In this document: one piece after another, positions 1 through 9,649 of the stretch
Layout of the letters: every line of letters starts with the position of its first letter
Position numbering within the stretch: the first letter of the stretch is position 1
Origin: an uncultured Phycisphaerales bacterium
Lineage (GTDB): Bacteria > Planctomycetota > Phycisphaerae > Phycisphaerales > SM1A02
Direction: 5' to 3'
DNA: 64,000 nucleotides
Assembly: GCA_938084645.1 (NCBI GenBank)
Contig: CALKEP010000022.1
Span: 76,176 to 140,175 of the forward strand
The notes under the pieces: generated by a model
What the model was told of the DNA's origin: nothing
Seen by the model: only the letters and a program-made list of their open reading frames with translations
Databases searched by the model: none
Made by a program: the position numbers and the translations under genes

Positions 1-1
1 C

Positions 2-211
2 TATCGCGATCTCCTGGTTCGGGCGAACGGGATGTTCCAGAAGGCCAAGGGGTTCAAGCCGGTCGCCAGTCGGTCGGAATCGGTCGAGATGTTCGTGATC
101 TGCAAGGACTTCCTGCCCCCCGACGAGCGCCAGGATGGCGATGCGGCCGAATCCGAGGAGATGATCCCGGTTCCGCCCCGCCCGAAGCCGACACCGGGCT
201 GGAATGATTGA
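2..211 (+). CDS. rlmE: 23S rRNA Um2552 methyltransferase RlmE/FtsJ, C-terminal part (truncated by window edge)
   Basis: Frame 2 reads YRDLLVRANGMFQKAKGFKPVASRSESVEMFVICKDF...WND*; the KPxASRxxSxE(M)F motif is the RlmE C-terminus. Not in the ORF track. Confidence 0.8.
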   Translation, partial: YRDLLVRANGMFQKAKGFKPVASRSESVEMFVICKDFLPPDERQDGDAAESEEMIPVPPRPKPTPGWND

Positions 212-327
212 ACCCGGTCGCGCAGAATCCGCCTCTTCATGTGCTTGATCGGCGCAAACGGTGCCGGATCACCTGATCGCCGACGGTCGACGGTGGTCTG
301 GTGATCATCTGATCGAGGTTCCACGCG

Positions 328-344
328 TTGGCATGGTCATTGCA
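328..344 (+). promoter_or_regulatory. sigma54 (RpoN) -24/-12 promoter
   Basis: TTGGCATGGTCATTGCA matches the YTGGCACG-N4-TTGCW consensus at all but one position; GG (330-331) and GC (342-343) are exactly 10 nt apart; GGAG at 369-372 and ATG at 381 follow. Confidence 0.75.
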
Positions 345-380
345 TTCGTTTCTCCACGATTCCCCTCTGGAGACTCCCCC

Positions 381-1595
381 ATGCAGATCGGCCACGCCAA
401 TCCCGAACTCCTCGGCCCCGCAGGGCTCGCCCGTACGAACGCCGCCTCGAATGCAGGCTCGGTACGTGCCTCGGCACCGACTTCCTCCGACCCGCCGCCG
501 ATGGGAAGCAACCAGACGCTGGACATGGACGCCTTCATGGCGGCCTGGGGTTCCGACGACCAGACCTGGGACGTCGACGGTTCCGGCATGGTCGACGGCA
601 CCGACCTTGGCACCCTGCTTTCGGTCCAGAGCGCCGCTGACGCCGGTGATGCCGATCTCCAGGCCCTGCTCGGCGCCTGGGGAACGTCCGATCCGGACTG
701 GGACCTCAACGCCGACGGCATCGTCGATGGGCTCGATCTCGGGGTCTACCTCGAGGGTGGCGTCGGCGACTCGCCGCCCACGAACCAAGAACTCTCCGTC
801 GAGGGATTCGTCGCCGCGTGGGGTTCCTCGGATCCGGCCTATGACCTCAATGCCGACGGCATCGTGGACGGCCAGGATCTCGGGCAGTACCTCGAGCAGC
901 AGATGGACTCCACGGTCGATCCGAACCAGCTGGAACAGTTCATGTCGGCCTGGGGTTCCGACGACGCGGCGTTCGACCTCAACGGTGACGGCACCGTCGA
1001 CGGCGTCGATCTCGGTCTCTTCCTCGAACAGGCCCAGGGCACCCAGTTGCCTTCGAACGCGGTCCCCGACCTTCCCATGAAGACGGAGCACGTCGTCTCC
1101 CAGATCGTCGACGAGGTGATGTCCCGATTCGATGGTGCGGGAGACGGCCGCATCGCGTTGAACGAAATCGGTCTGCCGACGGAAATGGCCCGGCTCTTCG
1201 ATCTCGACGGCAACGAGTTCCTCGATCGATCCGAATTCAGTCGGATGGTCTCCATGGACGCCAAGGCGTTGTACGACGGCACCGACGCCTCGCTCGCGAG
1301 CCTGTCGCAGCGATGGAACGATATCCTCGACCCGGATCCGATCCAGCAGGCGAACCAGTCCCATGCCGCGAGCCGCATCCAGGCCGCACCGTCGATCACC
1401 GATGCACGAACCTTCGGGACCGCATCCGCGACCGAACGGGTCGCGGACATTCTCACGAGCCTCGGGCACGAGTCGCTTCCTTCGAACCTCTCCGACGTGC
1501 TCCAGGGCCTGAAGCTGCCTGGTGTCTCCTCGGAGGCGATCATGGAGCGGTTGATGCAGGAGCACGGCTTCGCCGCCGTCGATGCCACCGCCTGA
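381..1595 (+). CDS. Ca-binding protein with four dockerin-like repeats plus two EF-hand-like loops
   Basis: 4x AWG(S/T)xDxx(W/Y/F)D(L/V)(N/D)xxGxVDGxDLG, then FDGAGDGRIALNE and FDLDGNEFLDRSE; start MQIGH placed after GGAG. Confidence 0.75.
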   Translation: MQIGHANPELLGPAGLARTNAASNAGSVRASAPTSSDPPPMGSNQTLDMDAFMAAWGSDDQTWDVDGSGMVDGTDLGTLLSVQSAADAGDADLQALLGAWGTSDPDWDLNADGIVDGLDLGVYLEGGVGDSPPTNQELSVEGFVAAWGSSDPAYDLNADGIVDGQDLGQYLEQQMDSTVDPNQLEQFMSAWGSDDAAFDLNGDGTVDGVDLGLFLEQAQGTQLPSNAVPDLPMKTEHVVSQIVDEVMSRFDGAGDGRIALNEIGLPTEMARLFDLDGNEFLDRSEFSRMVSMDAKALYDGTDASLASLSQRWNDILDPDPIQQANQSHAASRIQAAPSITDARTFGTASATERVADILTSLGHESLPSNLSDVLQGLKLPGVSSEAIMERLMQEHGFAAVDATA

Positions 1596-1621
1596 CCGCG
1601 ACCTCCCCGACCGGAATCGAA

Positions 1622-1657
1622 ACGACGGCCTCTCACCGCGGCGTGAGGGGCCGTCGT
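1622..1657. terminator. Hairpin between convergent genes, probable terminator
   Basis: ACGACGGCCTCTCAC-cgcggc-GTGAGGGGCCGTCGT, 15-bp stem with one G-U pair. Confidence 0.6.
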
Positions 1658-1688
1658 GCTTTCCGTCCGCCCCCGCGGGGTCGGTGCG

Positions 1689-2924
1689 TCAGACCATCGC
1701 ACGCATGCGATTCACGACCTCGTCGACGTTGGCGCGACTGTTGAAGGCGCTGATCCGGAAGTACCCTTCGCCACATCGCCCGAAGCCGGCGCCCGGCGTC
1801 GTCACGATCTGCGCCTCGTGGAGGAGACGATCGAACATGCCCCAGCTGTCGATGCCGTCGGGGCATCGGACCCAGACGTACGGGGCATCGGTGCCGCCGA
1901 AGACCCGGAGTCCCATGGATTCGCAGCCGCCGCGAAGCAGCGAAGCATTGGTCATGTAGTGATCGACGAGCATCGACGTCTGCTCGAGACCCTCGGGTGA
2001 GTAGAGCGCATGGGCGCCGCGCTGCACCGGCCAGCTCACGCCGTTGCTTCGAGTGCACCATCGTCGATTCCAGAGTCCGTGCAGGGGCACGCGACGCCCG
2101 TCCCGGGTGCGGCCCTCGAGCGTCTTCGGCACCACGGTGTAACCGCAGCGGACCCCGGTGAAGCCGCCGTTCTTCGAGAAGCTCCGGGTCTCGATCGCGC
2201 ATCGATCGGCCCCCTCGATCTCGAAGATGCTTCGGGGGAGCTCCGGGTTGCGGATGAAGTTCACGTACGCCGCGTCGTAGACGATGAGGGCGTCGTGTTC
2301 GCGGGCCCATTCCACCCATTCCCGGAGTCCTTCGCGATCGATGGTCGAACCCGTCGGGTTGTTCGGGAAGCAGAGGTAGACCAGGTCCACGGGCTCGGCG
2401 GGCGGTCTGGGGATGAATCCGTTCTCCTCCCGGGCCTCCATCGTGACCAGGCCGTCGTATCCGCCGCCGTCGAGCGCGTCCCGGGTGTTTCCCGCCATCA
2501 CGTTGGTGTCGACGTAGACCGGATACACGGGATCGCTCACCGCGACGCGGTTTCCGCCTCCGAGAATCTCGAGGAGGCTTCCGCAGTCGCCCTTGGAACC
2601 ATCGCTCACGAAGATCTCGTCGTCGTCGATCTCGATGCCTCGGGCGCGATAGTCGTGGTCGGCGATCGCCTTCCGGAGAAAGTCGTATCCGGTCGGGGGC
2701 GGATAGCCTCGGAAGGTGTCCCGATCCGCGAGTTCGTCGATCGCGGCGTGCATCGCGTCGATGACCGCGGGCACGATGGGCTCGGTCACGTCGCCGATGC
2801 CGCATCGGATGATCCGTTCGGCGGCGGCGGGCGTCGAGGCTTCGTATTCGGCGACCCGTCTCGCGATCTCGGGAAAGAGATAGCCGGCGGCCAGCTTCAG
2901 GTAGTGCTCGTTGACGAAGACCAT
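1689..2924 (-). CDS. dapL: LL-diaminopimelate aminotransferase
   Basis: N-terminal YLKLAAGYLFPEI, GIGDVTEP, FPNNPTG, YDAAY, SFSKNGGFTGVRCG (PLP Lys), TPGAGFG..GEGYFRISAF. Confidence 0.95.
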   Translation of the reverse strand: MVFVNEHYLKLAAGYLFPEIARRVAEYEASTPAAAERIIRCGIGDVTEPIVPAVIDAMHAAIDELADRDTFRGYPPPTGYDFLRKAIADHDYRARGIEIDDDEIFVSDGSKGDCGSLLEILGGGNRVAVSDPVYPVYVDTNVMAGNTRDALDGGGYDGLVTMEAREENGFIPRPPAEPVDLVYLCFPNNPTGSTIDREGLREWVEWAREHDALIVYDAAYVNFIRNPELPRSIFEIEGADRCAIETRSFSKNGGFTGVRCGYTVVPKTLEGRTRDGRRVPLHGLWNRRWCTRSNGVSWPVQRGAHALYSPEGLEQTSMLVDHYMTNASLLRGGCESMGLRVFGGTDAPYVWVRCPDGIDSWGMFDRLLHEAQIVTTPGAGFGRCGEGYFRISAFNSRANVDEVVNRMRAMV

Positions 2925-2993
2925 GTGCGCGTCGTCCTGGGGTTCGGGGCGGCGGGCGCTCGGCCTCGCCGGGTGTCGCGAGGAACGTGGGGG

Positions 2994-3620
2994 TCAGGGA
3001 TTCTCGTGGCGAAGCCGGACCGCGATGGCGGGCGGGAAGTTCGCCATGACCAGTCGTCTCGAGCCGCGGTGACGGCGATGCAGGGACTTCGCGTGCGCGT
3101 CGATCCTGCGGAGGTTGCGTCGCGAGGTGGGCGACGTGACCGGAGCCTTCATCATTCGGACCGCGGCGTACTCGAAGTACGTCAGATCGCCGTCCTCGGC
3201 GAGCAGGCTCAGCATCCGCTTGAAGATCCCCCGTACCAGCGAGGGCGGAAAGTTGTTGAACGGCAGGCCGCAGATGATGTGGTCGAACGGGCCCTCGATC
3301 GGTGCATCCTCGATCGGTGATTCGTGCAGGGCGACCGGGATGTCGGGGTGTCGCTCGCGGAACGGGGTGAGATGCCGCTTCTCGATCACCTTGCAGAAGA
3401 AGGGATTGATCTCCACCACGTGGAACTCGTCGCCGGGCCGGAGATGGTTGAGGATCTTCGCGGTGAAGGGTCCGGTGCCCGGACCGACTTCGAGTATTCG
3501 ACGGGTCCGGTCCGAGTGTCGTAACGGGGCCGTCATCTCCCGGGCGAGATGGCTTCCACTCGGCCAGACGGCGCCGGTGTGCTTGAAGTTGCTGAGGGTC
3601 TGGGAGAGGAAGTCGAGCAT
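2994..3620 (-). CDS. Phospholipid/ornithine-lipid N-methyltransferase (PmtA/OlsG family)
   Basis: TGAVWPSGSHLAREM, ILEVGPGTGPFT (SAM motif I), IICGLPFNNFP, C-terminal NFPPA. Confidence 0.8.
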   Translation of the reverse strand: MLDFLSQTLSNFKHTGAVWPSGSHLAREMTAPLRHSDRTRRILEVGPGTGPFTAKILNHLRPGDEFHVVEINPFFCKVIEKRHLTPFRERHPDIPVALHESPIEDAPIEGPFDHIICGLPFNNFPPSLVRGIFKRMLSLLAEDGDLTYFEYAAVRMMKAPVTSPTSRRNLRRIDAHAKSLHRRHRGSRRLVMANFPPAIAVRLRHENP

Positions 3621-3726
3621 GGTTCGGGAGCCGGAAAAGGTCACTCAGGATAGTGCCAGCCTGATCCGATCGGATCCGGCACTTGTGAAATCCGCACGGG
3701 ATTCTTCGAAATCGCCCGCTCGAATT

Positions 3727-4818
3727 TCAGGCGATGGTCGGTACGAACGATTCGTCCGGGCCGAGATCCCGGCAGAATCTCGTGAAGATCGACGCGATCG
3801 CGTCGAGATCGGCGAGGCTCGTCATCTCCACGGTGGTGTGCATGTACCGGATCGGCAGACTCACCAGGCCGGATGGAATGCCGCCGTTGCGGAGGAAGAT
3901 GGCGTCCGTGTCGGTGCCGGAGCGGCCGGGCACCGCGGTTCGCTGGATCGTGATCTCCTCGCGTTCGGCCGCCGCGAGCAGCTTCGCCACCACGATGGGT
4001 TGGGCGGGACCGCCGATGGCCACCTTGGGGCCGCCGGCGAGCTTGAAGTCACCGTGCCGGTTTCGATCGATGCCCGGCGTGTCCGTCGCATGTCCCACGT
4101 CGGTCACCAGGGCGACATCGGGCTTGAGCCCCTCGGCGATCATCGCGGCGCCGACCAGCCCGACCTCCTCCTGAACGGTGCTCACCGCGACCACGTTGCA
4201 GTTCAGCGAAGCGCGATCGGGGGCGAGTCGCCGCAGCGTCTCCGCCGCGGCCCAGGTACCGATGCGGTTGTCGAGGCCTCTGGCGACGATGGTGTCCTCG
4301 CCGATCAGTTCGAAGCCGTCAGCGAAGACGCCGGGGTCGCCGACGTTGAGCTTCTCCGCCGCCTCCTCCTTCGTCCGGCAGCCGATGTCCACGAAGAGCT
4401 CGTGAAGCTTTCGTGCCTTGCCGTCGCGACTGCGATCCTGAAGGTGGATGGCGGTCGCGCCGATCACCCCGAGCACCGGCTCGTGCACGCCGGGGACGCT
4501 GGAGGCGAAGCGAAGTCGCTTTCCGACGATCGAACCCGCGTCGATGCCACCGATCTGTCGGCAGTACACGAATCCCTTGTCGTCGATGTTGTTGACCATC
4601 AGGCCGATTTCGTCGGCATGACCACAGACCGCGACGGTGGGGGCGTCCGCGTGGTCGCAGTCGAGTCGGGCGAAGCAGTTTCCGTACGCGTCGTTCCAGG
4701 TGCGGGTCGCGGACGTCCGCACCTCGTCGAGCCAGATTCGCTGGCCGGCCATCTCGTGGCCGGAGGGCGACGGAGTGTCGAGAAGACGTCGGAGGAAGTC
4801 GAGTGATTCGGTTCTCAT
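3727..4818 (-). CDS. M42 family metallo-aminopeptidase
   Basis: PSPSGHE, GHADEIG, LDNRIG, VQEEVGL, DVGHA, GTDTD, RYMHTTVE metal-ligand motifs. Confidence 0.92.
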   Translation of the reverse strand: MRTESLDFLRRLLDTPSPSGHEMAGQRIWLDEVRTSATRTWNDAYGNCFARLDCDHADAPTVAVCGHADEIGLMVNNIDDKGFVYCRQIGGIDAGSIVGKRLRFASSVPGVHEPVLGVIGATAIHLQDRSRDGKARKLHELFVDIGCRTKEEAAEKLNVGDPGVFADGFELIGEDTIVARGLDNRIGTWAAAETLRRLAPDRASLNCNVVAVSTVQEEVGLVGAAMIAEGLKPDVALVTDVGHATDTPGIDRNRHGDFKLAGGPKVAIGGPAQPIVVAKLLAAAEREEITIQRTAVPGRSGTDTDAIFLRNGGIPSGLVSLPIRYMHTTVEMTSLADLDAIASIFTRFCRDLGPDESFVPTIA

Positions 4819-4871
4819 CGAATCACTTTACCGCACCGTCCACGGTGGTGAAGCGGGCCGGGCGGTGGTGT

Positions 4872-5186
4872 TCAGGGGTTATTGGATCGCTTCGGTCGGG
4901 CCTTGAGTCGAGGCCCGTTGAAGTCGAACATCGTTTCCGCGTCTCGGACCGTCGTCGAGCCCGTCGAGAAATCCTCGGGCTTCGGCTTCGAGTCGGCGAT
5001 CGGCGTGTCGAGCGGATCGATCGGCATGCGCCCTCCACCGGCGGCGGGGGCGGCCGGAGCGGGTGCGACCGCTTCCGTCCGTCCGGGACCATCGACGCGA
5101 CGGGCTCGAGCATCGTCGATCGACCGTTCCATTCGCTGGAGGATGGTGCGAAGCCTGTTGTTCTGTTCGGTGTTCTGGGGTTTCAT
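4872..5186 (-). CDS. Small hypothetical protein (N-terminal helix, Pro/Ala linker, basic tail)
   Basis: MKPQNTEQNNRLRTILQRMERSIDDARARR...RLKARPKRSNNP; AGAGGA SD-like sequence upstream; fills the gap between genes. Confidence 0.65.
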   Translation of the reverse strand: MKPQNTEQNNRLRTILQRMERSIDDARARRVDGPGRTEAVAPAPAAPAAGGGRMPIDPLDTPIADSKPKPEDFSTGSTTVRDAETMFDFNGPRLKARPKRSNNP

Positions 5187-5459
5187 GACGGATGTCCTCT
5201 CCGGTTCGATTTCTGGACACAGGGAAAATCGGACGGCTTCCGCCGGATCTGCGAGGGGACCTGCTTCTTTTCGGGCTTCCTCCGTCGGGACAGGGGGAGC
5301 AGGCGGGATGATCGGCACAGACGGACCCCCTCGAGGGATACGGGGGCATGCCGGGCCCTGTTCCGCTCGGCTAGACTCGACCACGTTGCTGAAAGGGCGA
5401 TCCCGGCAGGGGCGTCCGGTTTCCTCGCGATCCAATCCGCCTTCTGGAGCGTTGCAGAC

Positions 5460-8400
5460 ATGTCTTCGAGATCCTTCCTTCGGCCCCTGTTTGAAGGCTC
5501 CGCCCGGCTCGGCCGGCTCGGTTCCGTGATCCTGTTTCTGGCCCTGATCGGCCTGGGAACTCGCGAATCGGCTCTTGCGATGAGCGGGGCCGGCGAGGGC
5601 AACGTCGACCTTCCCCGGTTTCCGAGCATCAGCCCGGATGGGAAGACCGTCGTCTTCAGTTGGCGAGGCGATCTCTGGAGCGTCCCGTTCGAGGGCGGTG
5701 CCGCGACGAGGCTCACCAGTCATCCAGGCCGTGACCATGATTCGGCGTGGACGCCGGACGGTTCCACGATCGTCTTCGAAAGCGATCGCGACGGAACCAC
5801 GAATCTCTGGGCGATGGCTCCGGACGGGACCGGCATCCGCCGCTTGACGGATCTCGACTCCTCCGTCGCGCTCGGAGGCGTCGGTCGAAACGCCGACGGA
5901 GACATCGTGGTCGGGCTCACGGGCTATCTCGAAGGTGATGCGTATCGTTCGCCTCGTCCCTACGAGGTCGGCATCGAAGGTGGCGAACCACAGCGACTCC
6001 ACGACGCGTTCGGCGGATTGAACGTCCGTAGTCCCGACGGTCGTCGCGCCGCATTCGAACGAGGCGGGGCGAGATGGGAGCGTCGGCACTATCGAGGCGA
6101 CGATCGTCGCGACGTCTGGCTCTACGACATCGAATCCGAGTCGTTCCTTCCGCTCGCGGATTGGGAAGGCAACGACGGGAAGCCTCGCTGGGCGGGCAAT
6201 GACGACGTCCTGTTTCTTTCGGATCGCGAGAATCGAACGCACAACGTGTACCAGCGGTCGCTCGTCGACGGTTCGATCGCACCGATCACCGACTTCGAGG
6301 AGATCGACGTCGCCGGCTTCGACGTCACGCCCGACGGCCGACGGCTCGTGCTCCACCGCTGGGATTCCCTGTACACCATGGATCTCGATGATCCGAACGC
6401 CGTGCCCCGACCGATGCTCGTGACCGCGCCCGAGGATGCGCTCGACGCCGCGAGGAATCTCGACATCTCGCCCCAGGTCACGGAGGCGGCGCTCAACCCG
6501 GATGGGAAGTCGATCGCGGTGATCGCCTACGGCGAGGTCGTGGTCCGCGGGACCGCCGATGATTCGACCTCGCGACGGATCACCACCACCCACGGGCGTG
6601 AACGCGACCTTGCCTGGAGTCCCGACGGGACGACGCTCTACTTCACGGCCGTCGTCGGTGGGAAGTCGTCGATCATGGCGGCGACCGTCGCGACGACTCG
6701 AACCGAGATCCGTGACCAGTACACGGAGCGAACCTCGCCGCCGGAGGATCCCGAAGAGACGGAATCCGAGGCGGCGGAGACGACGGATTCACCCGCCGAA
6801 GAGCCGGCGGAGCCGGCCGCAGCGGCAGGCCCCGCGGACGACGCGGAAGCCACCGGTGACGCCGATGCCGATGCCTCCGAGGAATCCACGGCGTCCGAGG
6901 ACGATGATCAGTCCGCGGAGGAGACGGAAGTCGCCGAGGAGGACGCCGAGGAGGACGCCGACGATCCGATGCTCGATCCCGCGCGGTGGGCCGATGCCGT
7001 GACCTTCGACGTCGCGCCCTTCGTCGCCACCGAGTTCCAGGATCATCGGCCGAACCCCTCGCCGGACGGCATGCGACTGGGGTTCATCCGTGGTCTGGGT
7101 GACATCATGATTCTCGATCTCGCCACCGGCGAAGAGATGCTCCTGCGGGCGGGCTGGGATCGGGGCGTCGAGTTCGAGTGGAGTCTCGATTCCAACTGGA
7201 TCGTCTTCGACCAGGCGGACATGAATTTCAATCAGGACGTCTTCGTCGTGCCGAGCGACGGTTCCGCGCCGCCGGTGAATATCTCGAGGCATCCCGACAA
7301 TGATGGTGGTGCCCGATTCTCCGCCGACGCCCGGGTGCTCGCGTTCTCCAGCGAGCGCGACGGCGAGGAGGAGGACATCTGGTACGTCTTCCTCGATCGC
7401 CGGCTCGAGAAGATGGCGGATCCGGAGTTGAAGGCGTACTTCGAGGAGGCCGAGAAGGCCGCGAAGAAGCGGAAACCCCTCGACCCCAACGAGGTGCGTC
7501 GTCAGCTTGCCGCCGCCGGCGAAGAAGAAGTGGACGCGGACGCCGACGCGGGCGCCGACGCCGACGCCGACGCGGATGCGGATGCGGTGGTGACGCCCTT
7601 CACGCAGGAAGATCTTCAGACCGCGTACCGGCGACTTCGGAAGATCAGTCGACTTCCCGGTTCCGAACGTCGACTCGCGATGCTCCCTTCCGGCGAGCGC
7701 ATTCTGTTCGGCAATCGGATCTCGGCGCCAGGTGTTTCCGGCCTCTATTCGGTGAAGTGGAACGGCAGCGGTCGCAAGCGGATCGGCGAGAGCGTCTCGA
7801 TGATGGGACTCTCGCTGGACGGAAGCCAGCTCGTCGCCGTCGGTGGCGGTACCGCCAAGACGATCGACACCGGCAGCGGAAAGGCCAAGAACTATCCGAT
7901 CTCGATGCGGATTCGCATCGATCGGGAGCAGGAGTCGAGCGAGAAGTTCCTCGAGGCCGCCTCGATCATGGGGGCGATCTTCTACGACCCGGAGATGAAG
8001 GGGCTCGACTGGCCGGCGCTGACCGAGCGGTATCACGAGCTGGCGGCCCGGACCCGGACCGCCGACGAGTTCAACTGGGTCGCGAACCGGCTGCTGGGTG
8101 AACTCAGCGCGTCCCACATGGGGATGCGGGCACCGGCGAAGAGCATGCCGTTGTCCCAGTCGATCGGTCGACTGGGCGTCGGCCTCGAACCGGTGACCGA
8201 TGGCTATCGGGTCACCTCCGTGCTCGAGGGCGGTCCGGCCGAGGCATCGGACATGCCGCTGCTCGTGGGCGACGTGATCACCGGCATCGATCTCGAGCCG
8301 CTCGACCTGGACGCCACCCCGCCCGACACGGTGGGTGGGCGACTGCGGGGCCGTCTCGGCAAGGAAGTGGTGGTCACCGTGCGACGTGAGGCCGCGACCG

Positions 8401-9128
8401 ATGCGGAGGACGGCCCGGCCGAGCCGCTCGAGCTGGACCTGCTGCTGACGCCGATCTCCAACAGCGCCGCCCGCGGCCTCGTCTACGACGCGACCCAGCG
8501 TCGCCGGGCGGAACAGGTTCACGAATGGTCCGACGGGCGACTCGGTTACGCCCATGTTCGAAGCATGGACCAGGCGTCGCTGGACGAATTCGAACGCGAT
8601 CTCTTCGCCGCCACCGAGGGTCGCGAGGGACTGATCGTCGACGTGCGTGACAACGGCGGCGGTTGGACGACCGACCGCCTGCTCTCTTCGATCATGGCTC
8701 CGGCCCACGCCTACACCATCCCGCGGGGCGCCGACCGCTCGGTCGTCGACACGTACCCGCAGGATCGGCTCTTCATCCAGCGATATCTGATGCCGATGAA
8801 CATGATCTGCAACGAGAAGAGCTACTCGAACGCCGAGATCGTCTCCCATGCGTTCAAGAATCTCGATCGCGGCACCCTGGTCGGCCAGCGGACCAACGGA
8901 AGCGTGATCTCGACCGGTGGCACCTCGCTCATCGACGGGACGTCCTTGCGACTTCCCTTCCGTGGCTGGTATCTCCCGGACGGCGCCGACATGGAGAACA
9001 ACGGCGCCATGCCCGACATCGTGATCGAGCAGACGCCCGACGACGAGGTCGCCGAACACGATGCGCAGCTGCAGGCTGCGGTCGAGGATCTCATGCGTCG
9101 GCTCGACGACGAAGGTGCCGGGCCGTGA
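5460..9128 (+). CDS. Tricorn protease homolog (S41 family; PD40 propellers, PDZ)
   Basis: Signal peptide; PRFPSISPDGKTVVFSWRGDLW; ELSASH; GYAHVRSM; DVRDNGGG; SYSNAE catalytic Ser; ENNGAMPDI. Confidence 0.93.
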   Translation: MSSRSFLRPLFEGSARLGRLGSVILFLALIGLGTRESALAMSGAGEGNVDLPRFPSISPDGKTVVFSWRGDLWSVPFEGGAATRLTSHPGRDHDSAWTPDGSTIVFESDRDGTTNLWAMAPDGTGIRRLTDLDSSVALGGVGRNADGDIVVGLTGYLEGDAYRSPRPYEVGIEGGEPQRLHDAFGGLNVRSPDGRRAAFERGGARWERRHYRGDDRRDVWLYDIESESFLPLADWEGNDGKPRWAGNDDVLFLSDRENRTHNVYQRSLVDGSIAPITDFEEIDVAGFDVTPDGRRLVLHRWDSLYTMDLDDPNAVPRPMLVTAPEDALDAARNLDISPQVTEAALNPDGKSIAVIAYGEVVVRGTADDSTSRRITTTHGRERDLAWSPDGTTLYFTAVVGGKSSIMAATVATTRTEIRDQYTERTSPPEDPEETESEAAETTDSPAEEPAEPAAAAGPADDAEATGDADADASEESTASEDDDQSAEETEVAEEDAEEDADDPMLDPARWADAVTFDVAPFVATEFQDHRPNPSPDGMRLGFIRGLGDIMILDLATGEEMLLRAGWDRGVEFEWSLDSNWIVFDQADMNFNQDVFVVPSDGSAPPVNISRHPDNDGGARFSADARVLAFSSERDGEEEDIWYVFLDRRLEKMADPELKAYFEEAEKAAKKRKPLDPNEVRRQLAAAGEEEVDADADAGADADADADADAVVTPFTQEDLQTAYRRLRKISRLPGSERRLAMLPSGERILFGNRISAPGVSGLYSVKWNGSGRKRIGESVSMMGLSLDGSQLVAVGGGTAKTIDTGSGKAKNYPISMRIRIDREQESSEKFLEAASIMGAIFYDPEMKGLDWPALTERYHELAARTRTADEFNWVANRLLGELSASHMGMRAPAKSMPLSQSIGRLGVGLEPVTDGYRVTSVLEGGPAEASDMPLLVGDVITGIDLEPLDLDATPPDTVGGRLRGRLGKEVVVTVRREAATDAEDGPAEPLELDLLLTPISNSAARGLVYDATQRRRAEQVHEWSDGRLGYAHVRSMDQASLDEFERDLFAATEGREGLIVDVRDNGGGWTTDRLLSSIMAPAHAYTIPRGADRSVVDTYPQDRLFIQRYLMPMNMICNEKSYSNAEIVSHAFKNLDRGTLVGQRTNGSVISTGGTSLIDGTSLRLPFRGWYLPDGADMENNGAMPDIVIEQTPDDEVAEHDAQLQAAVEDLMRRLDDEGAGP
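7533..7586 (+). repeat. Imperfect hexamer repeat (GAYGCN)x9 encoding DADADAGADADADADADA inside tricorn
   Basis: Read directly; one unit is GGCGCC. Confidence 0.85.
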
Positions 9129-9649
9129 CCCGGTCCCGCCTTCACGGTGGCGTCGTGGGGTCTTTCGTCGCCGCCTTGCTGGCGGGATGCGGCGGCACGG
9201 ATCCGTCGCGAATGGAAGGGGAGACGATCATGGAGCGTGACCAGGCCTCGGCGTCGCGGATGCTCGACGAGATGCGATGGCGGAATCGGATGCTGGTGGT
9301 CGCGTCCGACCGCGAGGACGAGCGCGTGGACCGCCAGCTGGTGGCCATCGCGACGCACTCGGCCGGCTGGTCGGATCGCGATCTCGTCACCATCGTGCTC
9401 CTTCCGGACCGGGGGTACGTCGCCCCGGATCCGAGCGGCGGCCTGGTGGACGCGGAGATCGTCTCTTCGGAGGCCGCCGCCTCGATGCGACGGCGGTTCG
9501 GAATGGCGGATGACGGATTCCAGGCGGCGCTCGTCGGCAAGGATGGCGGGGTGAAGGCGCGCTACGACGAGGTGGTGGCCCCGGAGACGATCTTCCCCTT
9601 CATCGACGCGATGCCGATGCGAATCGATGAGATGGAGCAGGAACGATGA
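9125..9649 (+). CDS. DUF4174-family lipoprotein
   Basis: LLAGC lipobox; WRNRMLVV, LVGKDGGVKAR, IDAMPMR motifs; GTGA overlap with the tricorn stop. Confidence 0.8.
   Translation: MTRSRLHGGVVGSFVAALLAGCGGTDPSRMEGETIMERDQASASRMLDEMRWRNRMLVVASDREDERVDRQLVAIATHSAGWSDRDLVTIVLLPDRGYVAPDPSGGLVDAEIVSSEAAASMRRRFGMADDGFQAALVGKDGGVKARYDEVVAPETIFPFIDAMPMRIDEMEQER

Noticed and set aside
526..1030. Regularly spaced DNA repeats as a CRISPR-like array
   Set aside because: They are degenerate in-frame coding repeats of the dockerin-like unit, with synonymous variation.
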